Assembly (NCBI RefSeq): GCF_964355755.1
Contig: NC_092673.1
Coordinates: 15,906,948 to 15,970,947, forward strand
Direction of reading: 5' to 3'
DNA from: Antedon mediterranea
Lineage: Eukaryota > Animalia > Echinodermata
DNA: 64,000 bases
The notes beneath the pieces are model-generated. The model saw only the letters and a program-made list of their open reading frames with translations, made no database searches and was not told the DNA's origin. Both the position numbers and the translations under genes were made by a program. Within the stretch, counting starts at the first letter, position 1; every line of letters begins with the position of its first letter. Shown here piece by piece: positions 39,380 through 51,651 of this stretch.

Positions 39380-41278
39380 ATGGATTTATCGGTAGGTAGA
39401 ATTGTTTACATTAGTTATACGCACTTTAGATACTACTCCTATGCCTAGATGAATAGTAAAGATGACCCCAATGGATCAAGAAGAACACCTCTTCAGAAGT
39501 CAACAGAATGGCTGGTCCGTCCCGTCCCGGGAGGAGAGCAATGACGATAGGCTCTCATCTCAATTAGGCCTATCTACTCTTTCTACTAGGTAGAGGCCTA
39601 CTCTTTCTACTAGGTAGAGGCCTACCAATAAGGAGGAAAATAATATACAGTATTTTGATATCAAACCATAATCAATAGAAATTGACTGTGATTAAACCAA
39701 AAGTAATCATGTCACACTGTATCCGTTTTTTTTATTCTCCATTCTGTTTCGCCCATCCATAATATCCTACTAGGCTACTCTAGAGTAGGCCCTAGTCCTA
39801 GGTTTATATGTCTATGCTAGAGTCCTGATAACTAGGAAACCTGCCTATGCTAAATAAGTACTAGACACTAGGCCTAAATGAAAGGTATACTTTGCTAGGA
39901 TTAACTGTACAAATATTATGTTTGCAGCATATATAATTTTATAAATACAGTAATATTATTTTAATACATACTGTAACTTGTGTTGTTGCCTAGTGCATAT
40001 ATTTATTTTTTGTGTGTTGTACCTAATATAATTTGTAGTTATTTTCAAGTACATCATCTGAACCGTCAAATCCAGAAGTAGGTTTAAGACAAAGGCAACG
40101 AGGAAGGGGAAGAGGACGAGGTAAAGGAAGAGGAAGGAGAGGGAGAGGAAAGAAAGATGGAACCCATATTGTTCTACAACAGAGAGAAGAAAACATTTCT
40201 GTAAGAATTTTTTATTTTGTGGATATATGTCTAGAATGGAGATTTAAGAACGTGACAACAATGCATGAAAGTTTTATGATTATATTATGTATCATGGAAA
40301 ACCAAAACATAGGAAAGTTATTGGATACCAGCATCCCAAATAAAAAGCTTTAAAAATGAAAAAATTGGTTTTGTAAATTACTATATTTATATGCAGCCTG
40401 TATTTAATTTGCAGTCAAAAATAGATGCACTTAACGAGAATGAAGTCCGGAATCTTTTAAAAGAGGCAGCAAAAAAAAATCCTGGCTTGATTCTAAGTAT
40501 TTTGGATAGGCAACAGCTGCCTGAAAGAGGGCATCACCCAGATGCTGATGGAGCTGCACCAGACTGGTGTGTGTGCCACGCCTGCCGTGAGATGCCGACA
40601 CAGGTAGAGCGAATGTGTTGTGGGTATAATCCCGATAATTGCACATCCCTACTTCCAGTAAGTACAATATTTTAAATTTTTTTAAAGAAAAATTGCTTTA
40701 CATTGATATTAATTTTTATTCAAGTATTTATTTGATTTGATATTTGGTATTTTGATATGAAACCATAATCAATAGAAATTGACTGTGATCAAACCAAAAG
40801 TAATTATGTCACACATTGCTTTACATAACATTGATATTAATTATTCAAGTATTTATTTGATTTGATATTTCTAGTTTTAGCAACTACATAAAAAAAAAAA
40901 AAATATGACCAACCCCCATATTTTAACAATTAATCCCCCATTTGTATCACTTTGCAACATATTTAATACACATAAATATAGTAAAGACATTTTTAACATT
41001 TAACAACATTTTTTTAGGACTTTGAACTGCTTGTTCTGAATGAGGCAGTGTTAGACATTGCGCGGGCATACCGGCAAGATGTTTTAGTCGCCCCATTAGA
41101 CAACAACTGGAGCAGAGGCCATAGGCATACTGCCTACAGACAGTATATTTTGTGGCAGCATGGCAGACTTGGCATAGGAATTCGCAGGACTATTCCAAGT
41201 TGCTGCGTTTGGAAAATACGAGACCGCTATCCTGATGAATTCGGCCAATACGTTGGGTTCCAATCAGCTCGTATATAA
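39380..41278 (+). CDS. Kolobok accessory protein: RG-rich N-terminus plus P2X7 cytoplasmic-ballast-like Cys/His domain, about 225 aa (exons 39380-39391 tentative, 40039-40200, 40415-40657, 41018-41278)
   Basis: All phase-0 GT/AG introns, no stops. Motifs [84 protein letters not shown]. Confidence 0.85.
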
Positions 41279-41420
41279 AATCATTGTACATTATTTATAA
41301 ATAAAACAAAAATATTTTGCACTTAAAGTTCATATATGATGTAATGGGGAAAAAAAATATTACAGGAAATATTTTGAAATTGTAATACGAGTACATAATA
41401 AAAAATGAGGTAATTAATAT

Positions 41421-41540
41421 ATCTATTATACTACTGTATAATATATTATACTACTGTATAATATATTATACTACTGTATAATATATTATACTACTGTATA
41501 ATATATTATACTACTGTATAATATATTATACTACTGTATA
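41421..41540 (+). repeat. 20-bp minisatellite, six copies, between the convergent Kolobok genes
   Basis: Unit atatattatactactgtata. Confidence 0.9.
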
Positions 41541-41563
41541 TCAATCATGAATTTCTGGATTAT

Positions 41564-44500
41564 TTAAAATCGTGATAATTTGTCATCAACTAATTGCTGT
41601 GTTGGTGGTGGCTGAACTTGAGCAATTGTTGGGCAAATTCTTCTAGGATCATTTACATCTAAATCCAATGCTGCCTTCAAACTGGTATCGTCCATTAATC
41701 GCAGCTCAACAACCATTTCAAACAAGGTTTGGATGTACCCATACGTTTTCTCTTCTTTGACAGGTACCACTGTCCACCTTTTGCTTTTTTTGTTGAATAA
41801 ACGTTGATACCTATAAAGAAAAGCAGAATATTGTGGGCCAAGTGAATTACAATTTCACATTGTTTAATTATCACTGTATATAACAATGTATCCTTTATTG
41901 TGAGAATGTTAAATTGATCATGTTTATATGGAATTTAGAAAGCAGATCACATCCACAAATTGCTGGCAGTTGAAACAAATATTAAATTAACTAGAAAGTA
42001 TACCGTGTGGTCCCATCATTATTCTTTTTTATGGGTCTCTGGTGGTTTGATGTATAATCCAATGCTGCTATTAGATTTCTTGCCTTGTAAACTGGTGGGC
42101 TATAGGAAAAACGCTTAGCAGCATACATCAGAATGCACTGGTGGAAATTTTCCAATTCAGCTGTTCCTCTAAATATAAACAATACATTGCTAATTATTAC
42201 TAAATGCATAATTTATAGAACAATTTAACATTTATTGTTTACTGTAAAAAGAATAAAAAATCATATTTCAACACAGTAGGTTCTCAATACAGTTTTTTTC
42301 TACATCCTACACAAAGTACTCACCGGAAATTGAGCCAGTATGGAATCTTGTTGAGGAACCTTTTGCTCAAAACAATGTTCCTCAATGCATTATGTGCTGG
42401 ATCGCCTTTTGCTAACCAGCCTTTATCTCTATCTGTTTCTAATGGGCCATGGCTGCAACAGGCCGTTCCACTATCACTGTACGACAACATCCATTCATGT
42501 TCGTTGACGACATGGTGGATAATTCCACACCAAATACCCTTTTATTGTATAAACCACAAAGAGAAAATTATAATAAAAAAATTATAATCACTGACACAGG
42601 AATTGCCAAGATTATTAACATATGATACATCCTGGTACAGTTAAATGCATTTCTGTTATTCATCATACATTAACCATAGGCATACTGTACTTACAATGAA
42701 TTCATCATATGTGTTTGCAACCTCACATGTATGCCAGAAATGGTTCACGATGTCCTGGCTCCAACTTAGTAATGCTTTGCACTCTTTTTTCTGTCCTGCC
42801 TAGTAACATATATTCAGAAAATAAAGTTAAGAACATGAGTTTACAGCAAGAATCTTATGACTACATATTTTCTATGTACTTATTTGTATTATTTGAACTT
42901 AAGATTGCCCCTGGCATTAATCTGTCCAGCTGGAAATAATATAAAAAAATAATAAATACAGTATTCAAACTTACTGCAACCAACTTTTTTGCCAGATTTT
43001 TTGCAGCATGCTAGATATCATGAGAATGTTTTATCTCTGGATAACCTTTTTCTGATAAAAAAAAATACACAATAGCACATTTTATATAATGGATACAATT
43101 CATGCAATTTTAAATACTGTGAATTATCAAGTATAATCGAAATTTAATGTCATAAATTTTACAGAAAAGAAATACATAATCATTATTGCACCAATTTGCA
43201 TATGTGCATCTGTAACACATTCAATCACCCTAACATTTTGTTCCTCAAGAAATTTTAGGCTGTCTTGAAATCCGACCTTTTCCATTGCTGTACTCTTACC
43301 ACCGGTTTCACGCTTGTCCAGGGTTATAATTGACAGAATGCTTTTGTCTGCATTGTTCATCATGGTGTAGGTACAGAATTGTGCGGAATGGCCTGGGCTG
43401 TCCATTCTGCCGTCTCCTAAATATAAAGATTTAGTAAATTTATTACATTTCACGGTTTACAAATTAAACCATTTAACCCTCGATATATCAGAATTTAGTG
43501 TAAATTACAAAACCTACCAAGCAAAACAACCTCCTTTCCTTCATGACTTTTTAGAATCTCCTCCTGTGTTTTATCCCATAACTTGTTTATAGATGGAACC
43601 AGATAGCGTCTTTGTATTCTGTAAAATGTGTTACAATTTACTATGTGCAGTTTCATAAACTTGGCAAACAAAGCTATCTTTCCATAGTTGTTCCCAGAAG
43701 CCAATATAGCAGTTGATGTTAACAGGTCACCTCCATGAAGATGGTTCTTCAAAATTGGTTGGGAACACCACTTATTGTTTAGATGCCCATTAACACATAT
43801 CTTAAAAATATAACAAGTATTAATTAGTAGATACAGTACTATAGTGTCTTTTATTAGAGATCACCACTAGAACAAGAAATTTAGCAGAAACTTTTTTTAC
43901 TGTTCTTTGCTATTCAATCATGTACATGGTATGGCATAATATTGACATGTTTAATATTGTCAGAAGATTCTTTATCGGTTTCTTCTTCTTCCTCATCATC
44001 ACTGTAAAATTTCTCCTCAAATTCCTCTTCAGAAAAAGTTGTTTCTTGCAGATCAAGAGCTGCTAATAAAGTACAATGAGACTTTATTCAAACTTAATTG
44101 CTTTACATGAAATTAAGATTACTTATTTTATCAAATTACAATTAATTAATACACAATTTTAGTTTACTACCAATGTAGACTAGAATTTAGTTTTAAGTTT
44201 TGACCACAGATTCTTTATGTAGAATAGTATGGTATATAAATTAACCATTTCCTTCGACTATAAAATAAAAATAAAAGCACACTATTGTCAAGTCACTGGC
44301 ATTATGAACGGCAATAATTAATATGTAGTACAGCTTCAGTAATTGCATGTGAATAAAATTTAAACAGTAGTCTTAAAATATGCATTACACAATGACAATG
44401 TTACATGTAAACTTACCACAGGAAGATATTAAAAGGAGGGTCGTAGTCTGGATCATCATCATCATCTGATTCACTTATGTCAATTTCAATAGTCATACTA

Positions 44501-46176
44501 GAAAAACAAGCATAACACAGTTTTAATTGCAATACAATTGTCTACCTAACTTGACATTGGTTGATGGATATTAAATGATTTGATTTCTATGGAATTTGAA
44601 TTCAATGTTTATGTACTGTACAATCACCATAAACTGTTCACCATCAGTACAACATGCATTCTTTGTTATTGCAAAATATATTTACTTTGACTTTCCAGCA
44701 TTGCTTTCATATTCTGCCTTTCTTTCAGTATCACTTTCACTAAAAATAAAAAAATATCATTTAAACCATTGAATATTCACCCTTTTCAATTGTAAAATAT
44801 TGTTTAAATAAATAAATTACATTGTATAGTGCATCATTACAGATTTACTCTACAATCACTTGTCAGTGAACTTACAGAAGGAGTTATTATTTACTAACAA
44901 TTGAGTGCCTTTGAAGCCCACCATCACATACCATTCCAAGTATCACATCACATCTCCCAGGTCACAAGAAACATAGAAAATGTAATGATTCTTAACAAAT
45001 ATAATATACCAATGCCATCTGATAATGTTACTGTTATTTCAGCAATTCAGTAAATTAAACATTGACTTACAATTCATTAGAAGATGAAAGTGCTGGTGCT
45101 GGTGAACTGGCTGAACCATGACTAGTAGTAGTGCTTAATTGATCTATTCCAGATATACCTGAAAGGCTGAAAGCAAACCAACAATGTGTTGTAAACTGAT
45201 TGAATTGTTGATTACCAATTCACAAGTAACAATTTATTACAATTGTTGTAATCATGGTTATTTTTGTATTATAGTATAATTAACACAGGCCTAATGGCCA
45301 ACTTAATTAAAAATCATATTTAGTTAGAACACATCATATTTTGCATTATTTATTTGATGTTACTTTTAAAATTGAAAATCATAGAATCTTACTGAATTTC
45401 AGTCATGGAATCTGAACTATGATGTTGTGTCACCAATTTTGTTTCCACTGCCATCATTGGAGTGGATGTCATTGCTGTTGCAAACTGGGGAGATACTTGT
45501 TTTTTTCACTTGTTGCAAACTCCTACTAGGCCTAGCACCACTAGGCATAGTCCTAGCAGTACTAGTACTAGTAGTACTACTACAAGGCCTACTAGTTGTA
45601 GAAGTCATTTCATTTAGAAGGCATTGTCATCGTTGACTGCTTTGTTTTCTCATACCTATAATAGTATTAATAATTTATGTATAGACAGGCCTAGTAGTAG
45701 AATTTAGAATAAACATGCATGATGGCTAATAAATATAATGTGAAGGCTCCATGACTAGCTATAACGAGTAGGCCTAGGCCTACTAGTTAGGCCTATATAA
45801 AATAGGCCTAGCCTAGAGGCCTACCTATCTTATTTATATGCTAAATAATTTAATTTTTTTTAGAAGGGCTAGGCCCCTAGCCTACTTTACTAGAGTAGTA
45901 TGCCTAGCCTAGGAGGAGGTAGGACGGACGGCCCTGCTGGGCCCACCACCACCCAGACAGTCAGAATACTCACATATCGAGTAAAAATGTTGCAACTTCA
46001 GTCTCGCTCTCAAGATTGTTTGAATCCTGAACTGCTGTCCATCTTACAAAAACTTCCGGACTTAGCAGTATTCTGCGATTATTGATATTGGTATTTATTC
46101 TACTTTTCCGTCTCTTTTTTTCTGAATTTGTGACCAACGCACCAGGACGCTTCTGACCCTTCTGACTCGCCATCAT
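41564..46176 (-). pseudogene. Kolobok-type DDE transposase, multi-exon, inactivated
   Basis: Exons give WCSQP...ASGNNYGKI, GDGRMDSPGHSAQFCTY, VTDAH, HSHDI*H (TAG where W is expected, about 43012), TAELENFH...YAAKRFSY, VPVKEEKTY...SRF. Also a stop or frameshift in exon 2 and an apparently mutated donor at about 43158. Confidence 0.88.
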
Positions 46177-46524
46177 AAGAATGTTTTCTGTCCCCGCGCG
46201 CGCGAGAGGTTGTTGTTCCTCCGGCCGGCATGCAGCCGGTGTAAGATTGAAATGTGTCCATCATTCAAAAGTGTCCGGGTGGACACTTTTCAGCATTGGA
46301 TAGTGTCCAATTGCATGTTTCAACGGGTTCGCGGGCGTTTTCCAACAATTTAATGCTGTCCGGCGCGTTTAATAATGTCTGACCCTTGGATTGAATACCG
46401 TCCGTGGTTGAGATTTGAGATTCAGGTTTTGATCGTGATTGCGCATGCACTTGTCTTTTTTTAACGACCACTATTTGTTAATAATGCCAAACTAGTTTTT
46501 ATTTTTCAAAGATAACTTGGCTTA

Positions 46525-49130
46525 AAACACCTCCAATTAGCGACCATTATATTATTTGGTATGAATAAAGACAAGAAGAATAAATAACAATATAATAATA
46601 ATCATGTAATAAAAACAAGTAATTATACTGGTCCTCTTCCAATTAAAGAACACTTTAGTTTAGACACTTCCAATTAGCGACCATTTTTATTGTTTTGTAT
46701 GAGTAAAGACAAGAGTAATAATAGTTTTTAATCATGTGACAAAAAACAAGTAATTGTACTGGTCCTCTTCCAATTAAAGATCACTTAAAATTAAACACTT
46801 CCAATTAGCGACCGTTTTATTATTTTGTATGAGTAAAGACAAGAATAATAAATAGTTTATAATCATGTGATAAAAAACAAGTAATTGTACTGGTCCTCTT
46901 CCAATTAAAGATCACTTAAATTTAAACACTTCCAATTAGCGACCGTTATTATTGTTTTGTATGAATAGAAACAAGAAGAATAAATAGATTTTAATCATGT
47001 GATAAAAAACAAGCAATTGTACTGGTCCTCTTCCAATTAAAGATCACTTTAATTTAAACACTTCCAATTAGCGACCGTTATATTATTTTGTATGAATAAA
47101 GGCAAGAATAATAAATAGATTTTAATCATATGACAAAAAACAAGTAATTGTACTGGTCCTCTTTCAATTAAAGATCACTTTACTTTAAGACACTTCCAAT
47201 TAGCGACCGTTATATTGTTTTGTATGAGTACAGACAAGAAGAATAAATAGATTTTAATCATGTGATAAAAAACAAGTAATTGTACTGGTCCTCTTCCAAT
47301 TAAAGGTCACTTTACTGTAAGACACTTCCAATTAGCGACCGTTATATTATTTTGTATGAGTACAGACAAGAAGAATAAATAGATTTTAATCATGTGATAA
47401 AAAATAAGTAATTGTACTGGTCCTCTTCCAATTAAAGGTCACTTTACTTCAAGAAACTTCCATTTAGCGACCGTTATATTATTTTGTATGAATAAAGACA
47501 AGAATAATAAATAGTTTATAATCATGTGATATAAAATAAGTAATTGTACGGGTACTCTTCCAATTAAAGGTCACTTTACTGTAAGACACTTCCAATTAGC
47601 GACCGTTATATTATTTTGTATGAGTACAGACAAGAAGAATAAATAGATTTTAATCATGTGATAAAAAACAAGTAATTGTACTGGTCCTCTTCCAATGAAA
47701 GATCACTTTACTTTAAGACACTTCCAATTAGCGACCGTTATATTATTTTTTATGAATAAAAACAAGAAGCATAAATAGTTTATAATCATGTGATATAAAA
47801 TAAGTAATTGTACTGGTCCTCTTCCAATTAAAGGTCACTTTACTGTAAGACACCTCCAATTAGCGACCGTTATATTATTTTGTATGAGTACAGACAATTA
47901 GAAGAATAAATAGATTTTAATCATGTGATAAAAAACAAGTAATTGTACTGGTCCTCTTCCAATGAAAGATCACTTTACTTTAAGACACTTCCATTTAGCG
48001 ACCGTTATATTATTTTGTATGAGTACAGACAAGAAGAATAAATAGATTTTAATCATGTGATAAAAAACAAGTAATTGTACTGGTCCTCTTCCAATTAAAG
48101 ATCACTTTACTTTAAGACACTTCCAATTAGCGACCGTTATATTATTTTGTATGAGTACAGACAAGAAGAATAAATAGATTTTAATCATGTGATAAAAAAT
48201 AAGTAATTGTACTGGTCCTCTTCCAATTAAAGGTCACTTTACTGTAAGACACTTCCATTTAGCGACCGTTATATTATTTTGTATGAGTACAGACAAGAAG
48301 AATGAATAGATTTTATTCATGTGATAAAAAACAAGTAATTGTACTGGTCCTCTTCCAATGAAAGATCACTTTACTTTAAAACACTTCCAATTAGCGACCG
48401 TTATATTATTTTTTATGAATAAAAACAAGAAGCATAAATAGTTTATAATCATGTGATATAAAATAAGTAATTGTACTGGTCCTCTTCCAATTAAAGGTCA
48501 CTTTACTGTAAGACACCTCCAATTAGCGACCGTTATATTATTTTGTATGAGTACAGACAATTAGAAGAATAAATAGATTTTAATCATGTGATAAAAAACA
48601 AGTAATTGTACTGGTCCTCTTCCAATGAAAGATCACTTTACTTTAAGACACTTCCATTTAGCGACCGTTATATTATTTTGTATGAGTACAGACAAGAAGA
48701 ATAAATAGATTTTAATCATGTGATAAAAAACAAGTAATTGTACTGGTCCTCTTCCAATTAAAGATCACTTTACTTTAAGACACTTCCAATTAGCGACCGT
48801 TATATTATTTTGTATGAGTACAGACAAGAAGAATAAATAGATTTTAATCATGTGATAAAAAATAAGTAATTGTACTGGTCCTTTTCCAATTAAAGGTCAC
48901 TTTACTTTAAGACACTTCCATTTAGCGACCGTTATATTATTTTGTATGAATAAAGACAAGAAGAATAAATACTAGTTAAGACAAGAAGAATAAATAGTTT
49001 ATAATCATGTGATAAAAAACAAGTAATTGTACGGGTCCTCTTCCAATTATAGATCACTTTAGTTTAAACACTTCCAATTAGCGACCGTTATATTATTTTG
49101 TACGAGTAAAGACAAGAAGAATAAATAGTT
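46525..49130 (+). repeat. 132-bp satellite (about 20 copies) inside the Ginger element
   Basis: ccaattagcgacc recurs every 131-132 bp; a variant block recurs about 663 bp apart (47750 and 48413). Confidence 0.95.
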
Positions 49131-49870
49131 TACTTGTTTAATCCCCAATCAATTAAAAGTTGCACCTTTTTATAATCAACACGATATAGCTGATCTCTTG
49201 AAAAAACATAATCAGTTTTACTGAAGTATTATGTTAATTGGTACATTGATCGTCACATCGAGAATATGGTAGGGGTGTCACACTATGTGCGTCTAGGGTG
49301 AATGCAAAGATAATGACATCGATATAGCGCCACATCAACACGTTTTTATGCACCTTTGGTGTAAGTATTTATTTTAGTATTTTGTCCTTAAATCAGAATT
49401 TATATTCAAAGAAAAAATGACTTGTTATGTAAAAAAACAACAATTCGGTATCTGGAATCTTAAAATTAATGTATCTATAAAAATAATTAATATGGGATAG
49501 GCCTGAGACCTCATACATTTGTTAATAGGGCTACTTTATTGAACCTTCATTTTATCGGATGTTATAAGAACGCTTGCTTCAACCGATTCTTTTTTTGAAC
49601 AGCATTTTGTTTAAAGGCGATTGTGTTATTTTCAATGTTTAATAAACTTCTGGAATTTCAGAGAAACCCATTTTAATAAACAAAAGCTTCTTATAAAATG
49701 TGCTTACTGGATAATGTTTCATACATGTTTGGCTGGTTCAAATTTACTTTACTTTTGCTTTTCCGCTACTCCCCTGTTATACTATATATTTGTTGTTATG
49801 TAGAAAGATTGAAAATAAATTCATTCATTCATTCTTCTTTTATTTCGGAAAAAAAAAATTCTCCATAGTT

Positions 49871-50010
49871 CAGTAACAAGTGTACATTATTGTAAATATA
49901 ACAAATACATATACATATATATATATATATATAATATATATGTATTTGTTATATTTACAATAATGTACACTTGTTACTGTCTGTATATATATATATATAT
50001 ATATATATGT
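49871..50010. repeat. About 41-bp inverted repeat around a (TA)n tract, followed by a second (TA)n
   Basis: cagtaacaagtgtacattattgtaaatataacaaatacata ... tatgtatttgttatatttacaataatgtacacttgttactg. Confidence 0.9.
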
Positions 50011-50086
50011 ATTGTGTTCCAACCGTACCACGCCGAGAATGTTAAAGGGTCGTTATCCGGTCGAGTTAAAGAACAATACCATGAAA

Positions 50087-50158
50087 GCCCCAGTGGTCTA
50101 ATGGTTAGGGCAACTGCATATCAAGCCGACGGTCCGAGTTCGAGCCTCGGTTGGGGCG
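50087..50158 (+). pseudogene. tRNA-like unit 1 in a ~266-bp tandem duplication
   Basis: gccccag/ttggggc acceptor, tggtctaatgg A box, gttcgagcc B box, T5 downstream. The 5' end resembles tRNA-Arg(CCT); the loop reads ATC. Confidence 0.6.
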
Positions 50159-50352
50159 ACTTTTTCTCATTCTCTCAGATTTCCTCATCTTTATCGTTTC
50201 AAAAATTAATTAAATCATTTTCAGTGTATCACCGGGCGGTTTGGAATTTATTTCTATGCCTGTTGTGTTTACAACTGAGGACTAGTGCTGTTCCGCCGTA
50301 CCACGCCGAGAATGTTAAAGAGTCGCTATCCAATCGAGTTCGAACCGTGAAA

Positions 50353-50424
50353 GCCCCAGTGGTCTAACGGTTAGGACATCTGCATATCAAGCAGGCGGTC
50401 CGAGTTCGAGTCTCGGTTGGGGCG
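50353..50424 (+). pseudogene. tRNA-like unit 2
   Basis: Foldable cloverleaf: ctgc-atatcaa-gcag anticodon arm and ccgag-ttcgagt-ctcgg T arm. Confidence 0.6.
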
Positions 50425-51651
50425 ACTTTAACTCATTCTCACAGATTTCCTCATCTTTATCGTTTCAAATTAATTAATTAAATTTCAGTATATTACCCGG
50501 CGGTTTAGAATTAATGTTCTATGCTACATAGTCACGTGGTTAGAACAATAGTTTCATATATCTACTATGTAGATTGGATGAAGGAAAAGCAAATTCATGA
50601 ATACATTACAAATAAATGTATGAATTGTGAATTACAAAAATATTAAATGTTGTTGTCTTGTCAGAATGAGTTGTAAATATGAACGAGTTTTGTAAACATA
50701 AATTATATATCATTGATCATTACTTATATTAACAGGATAAAATAATAATAGTGTAATAATAATGAACAATAGTTACAGAAAAATATTTATTTATTTATTT
50801 ATTTATTGCTATTAAAACTTGTTTCAGTAAGTGTGTTTGTATTTATTTTACTTTGTTATTGATCATCATTGGTCTGGCTACCAATACATTGGAAGCACGC
50901 AAGCCTCGCTACCACGTCAAGGTTGATGATCATAGCGAGGGTAGGTTGCACGTTTGTATGTGCCCCTTTGACCAAAGAAAACATATTATAGAAGAAAATT
51001 GCATAACATTATGAAACAGAATCATATGAGTTGTAAATATGAAAAAGTTTTTTAAACATAAAAATACAATAAAAATAAACACTAGTTACAATCTAATTCA
51101 CGTACTTTTACCTTACCGGACCTTTAGTCGCGTTATTCTTTTATACAATCTGCTTTTTAATTAATTTTTTAATCCTTGTAGCGATCAAAGCAGGGCGCAT
51201 GACACATCATTGCATGTTTACACTGGACACACTGTATTTGATCTGTTGTTACCTGCCATTAGACCCCTTGAGCCTTTGACGTACTTATGCTCAGATATTC
51301 GTCTTCCGTTGATTCAATGAAAGATGGTGACGCTTTAATTAGCCGCTGTGGTGAATCTATGTTCTTCTTTCTGGTCCGACAAATGCAATTGGTATTTCTT
51401 CGTCGATGAGTTTCAGACAAAGCCGACAATCTCCTCTTGACGGAAGCACCTGTAAAAAATCAAAGCATTAACGAAACTTACCTCTATAAGGTAAACAAAT
51501 ACCCTTTTCACCATTTAATGCTTCTGTGTATGTTGAGATTACCGGTCATAGGTAGGCCTACAGTTAAAGAGTGACGTTGTATGAATCAACATATAATTGT
51601 CCAGGTACTTCATTGTTGCTCTGATGAATCCTTTCCGGGAAATGTTCCATG

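Noticed and set aside
40415-41278. A true P2X7 receptor gene (P2RX7)
   Set aside because: Only the ballast-like domain is present, with no transmembrane or ectodomain exons, and it lies inside transposon ends.
46525-49130. CRISPR-like repeat-spacer array next to integrase/transposase genes
   Set aside because: The whole 132-bp unit is repeated; the intervening sequences are not unique.
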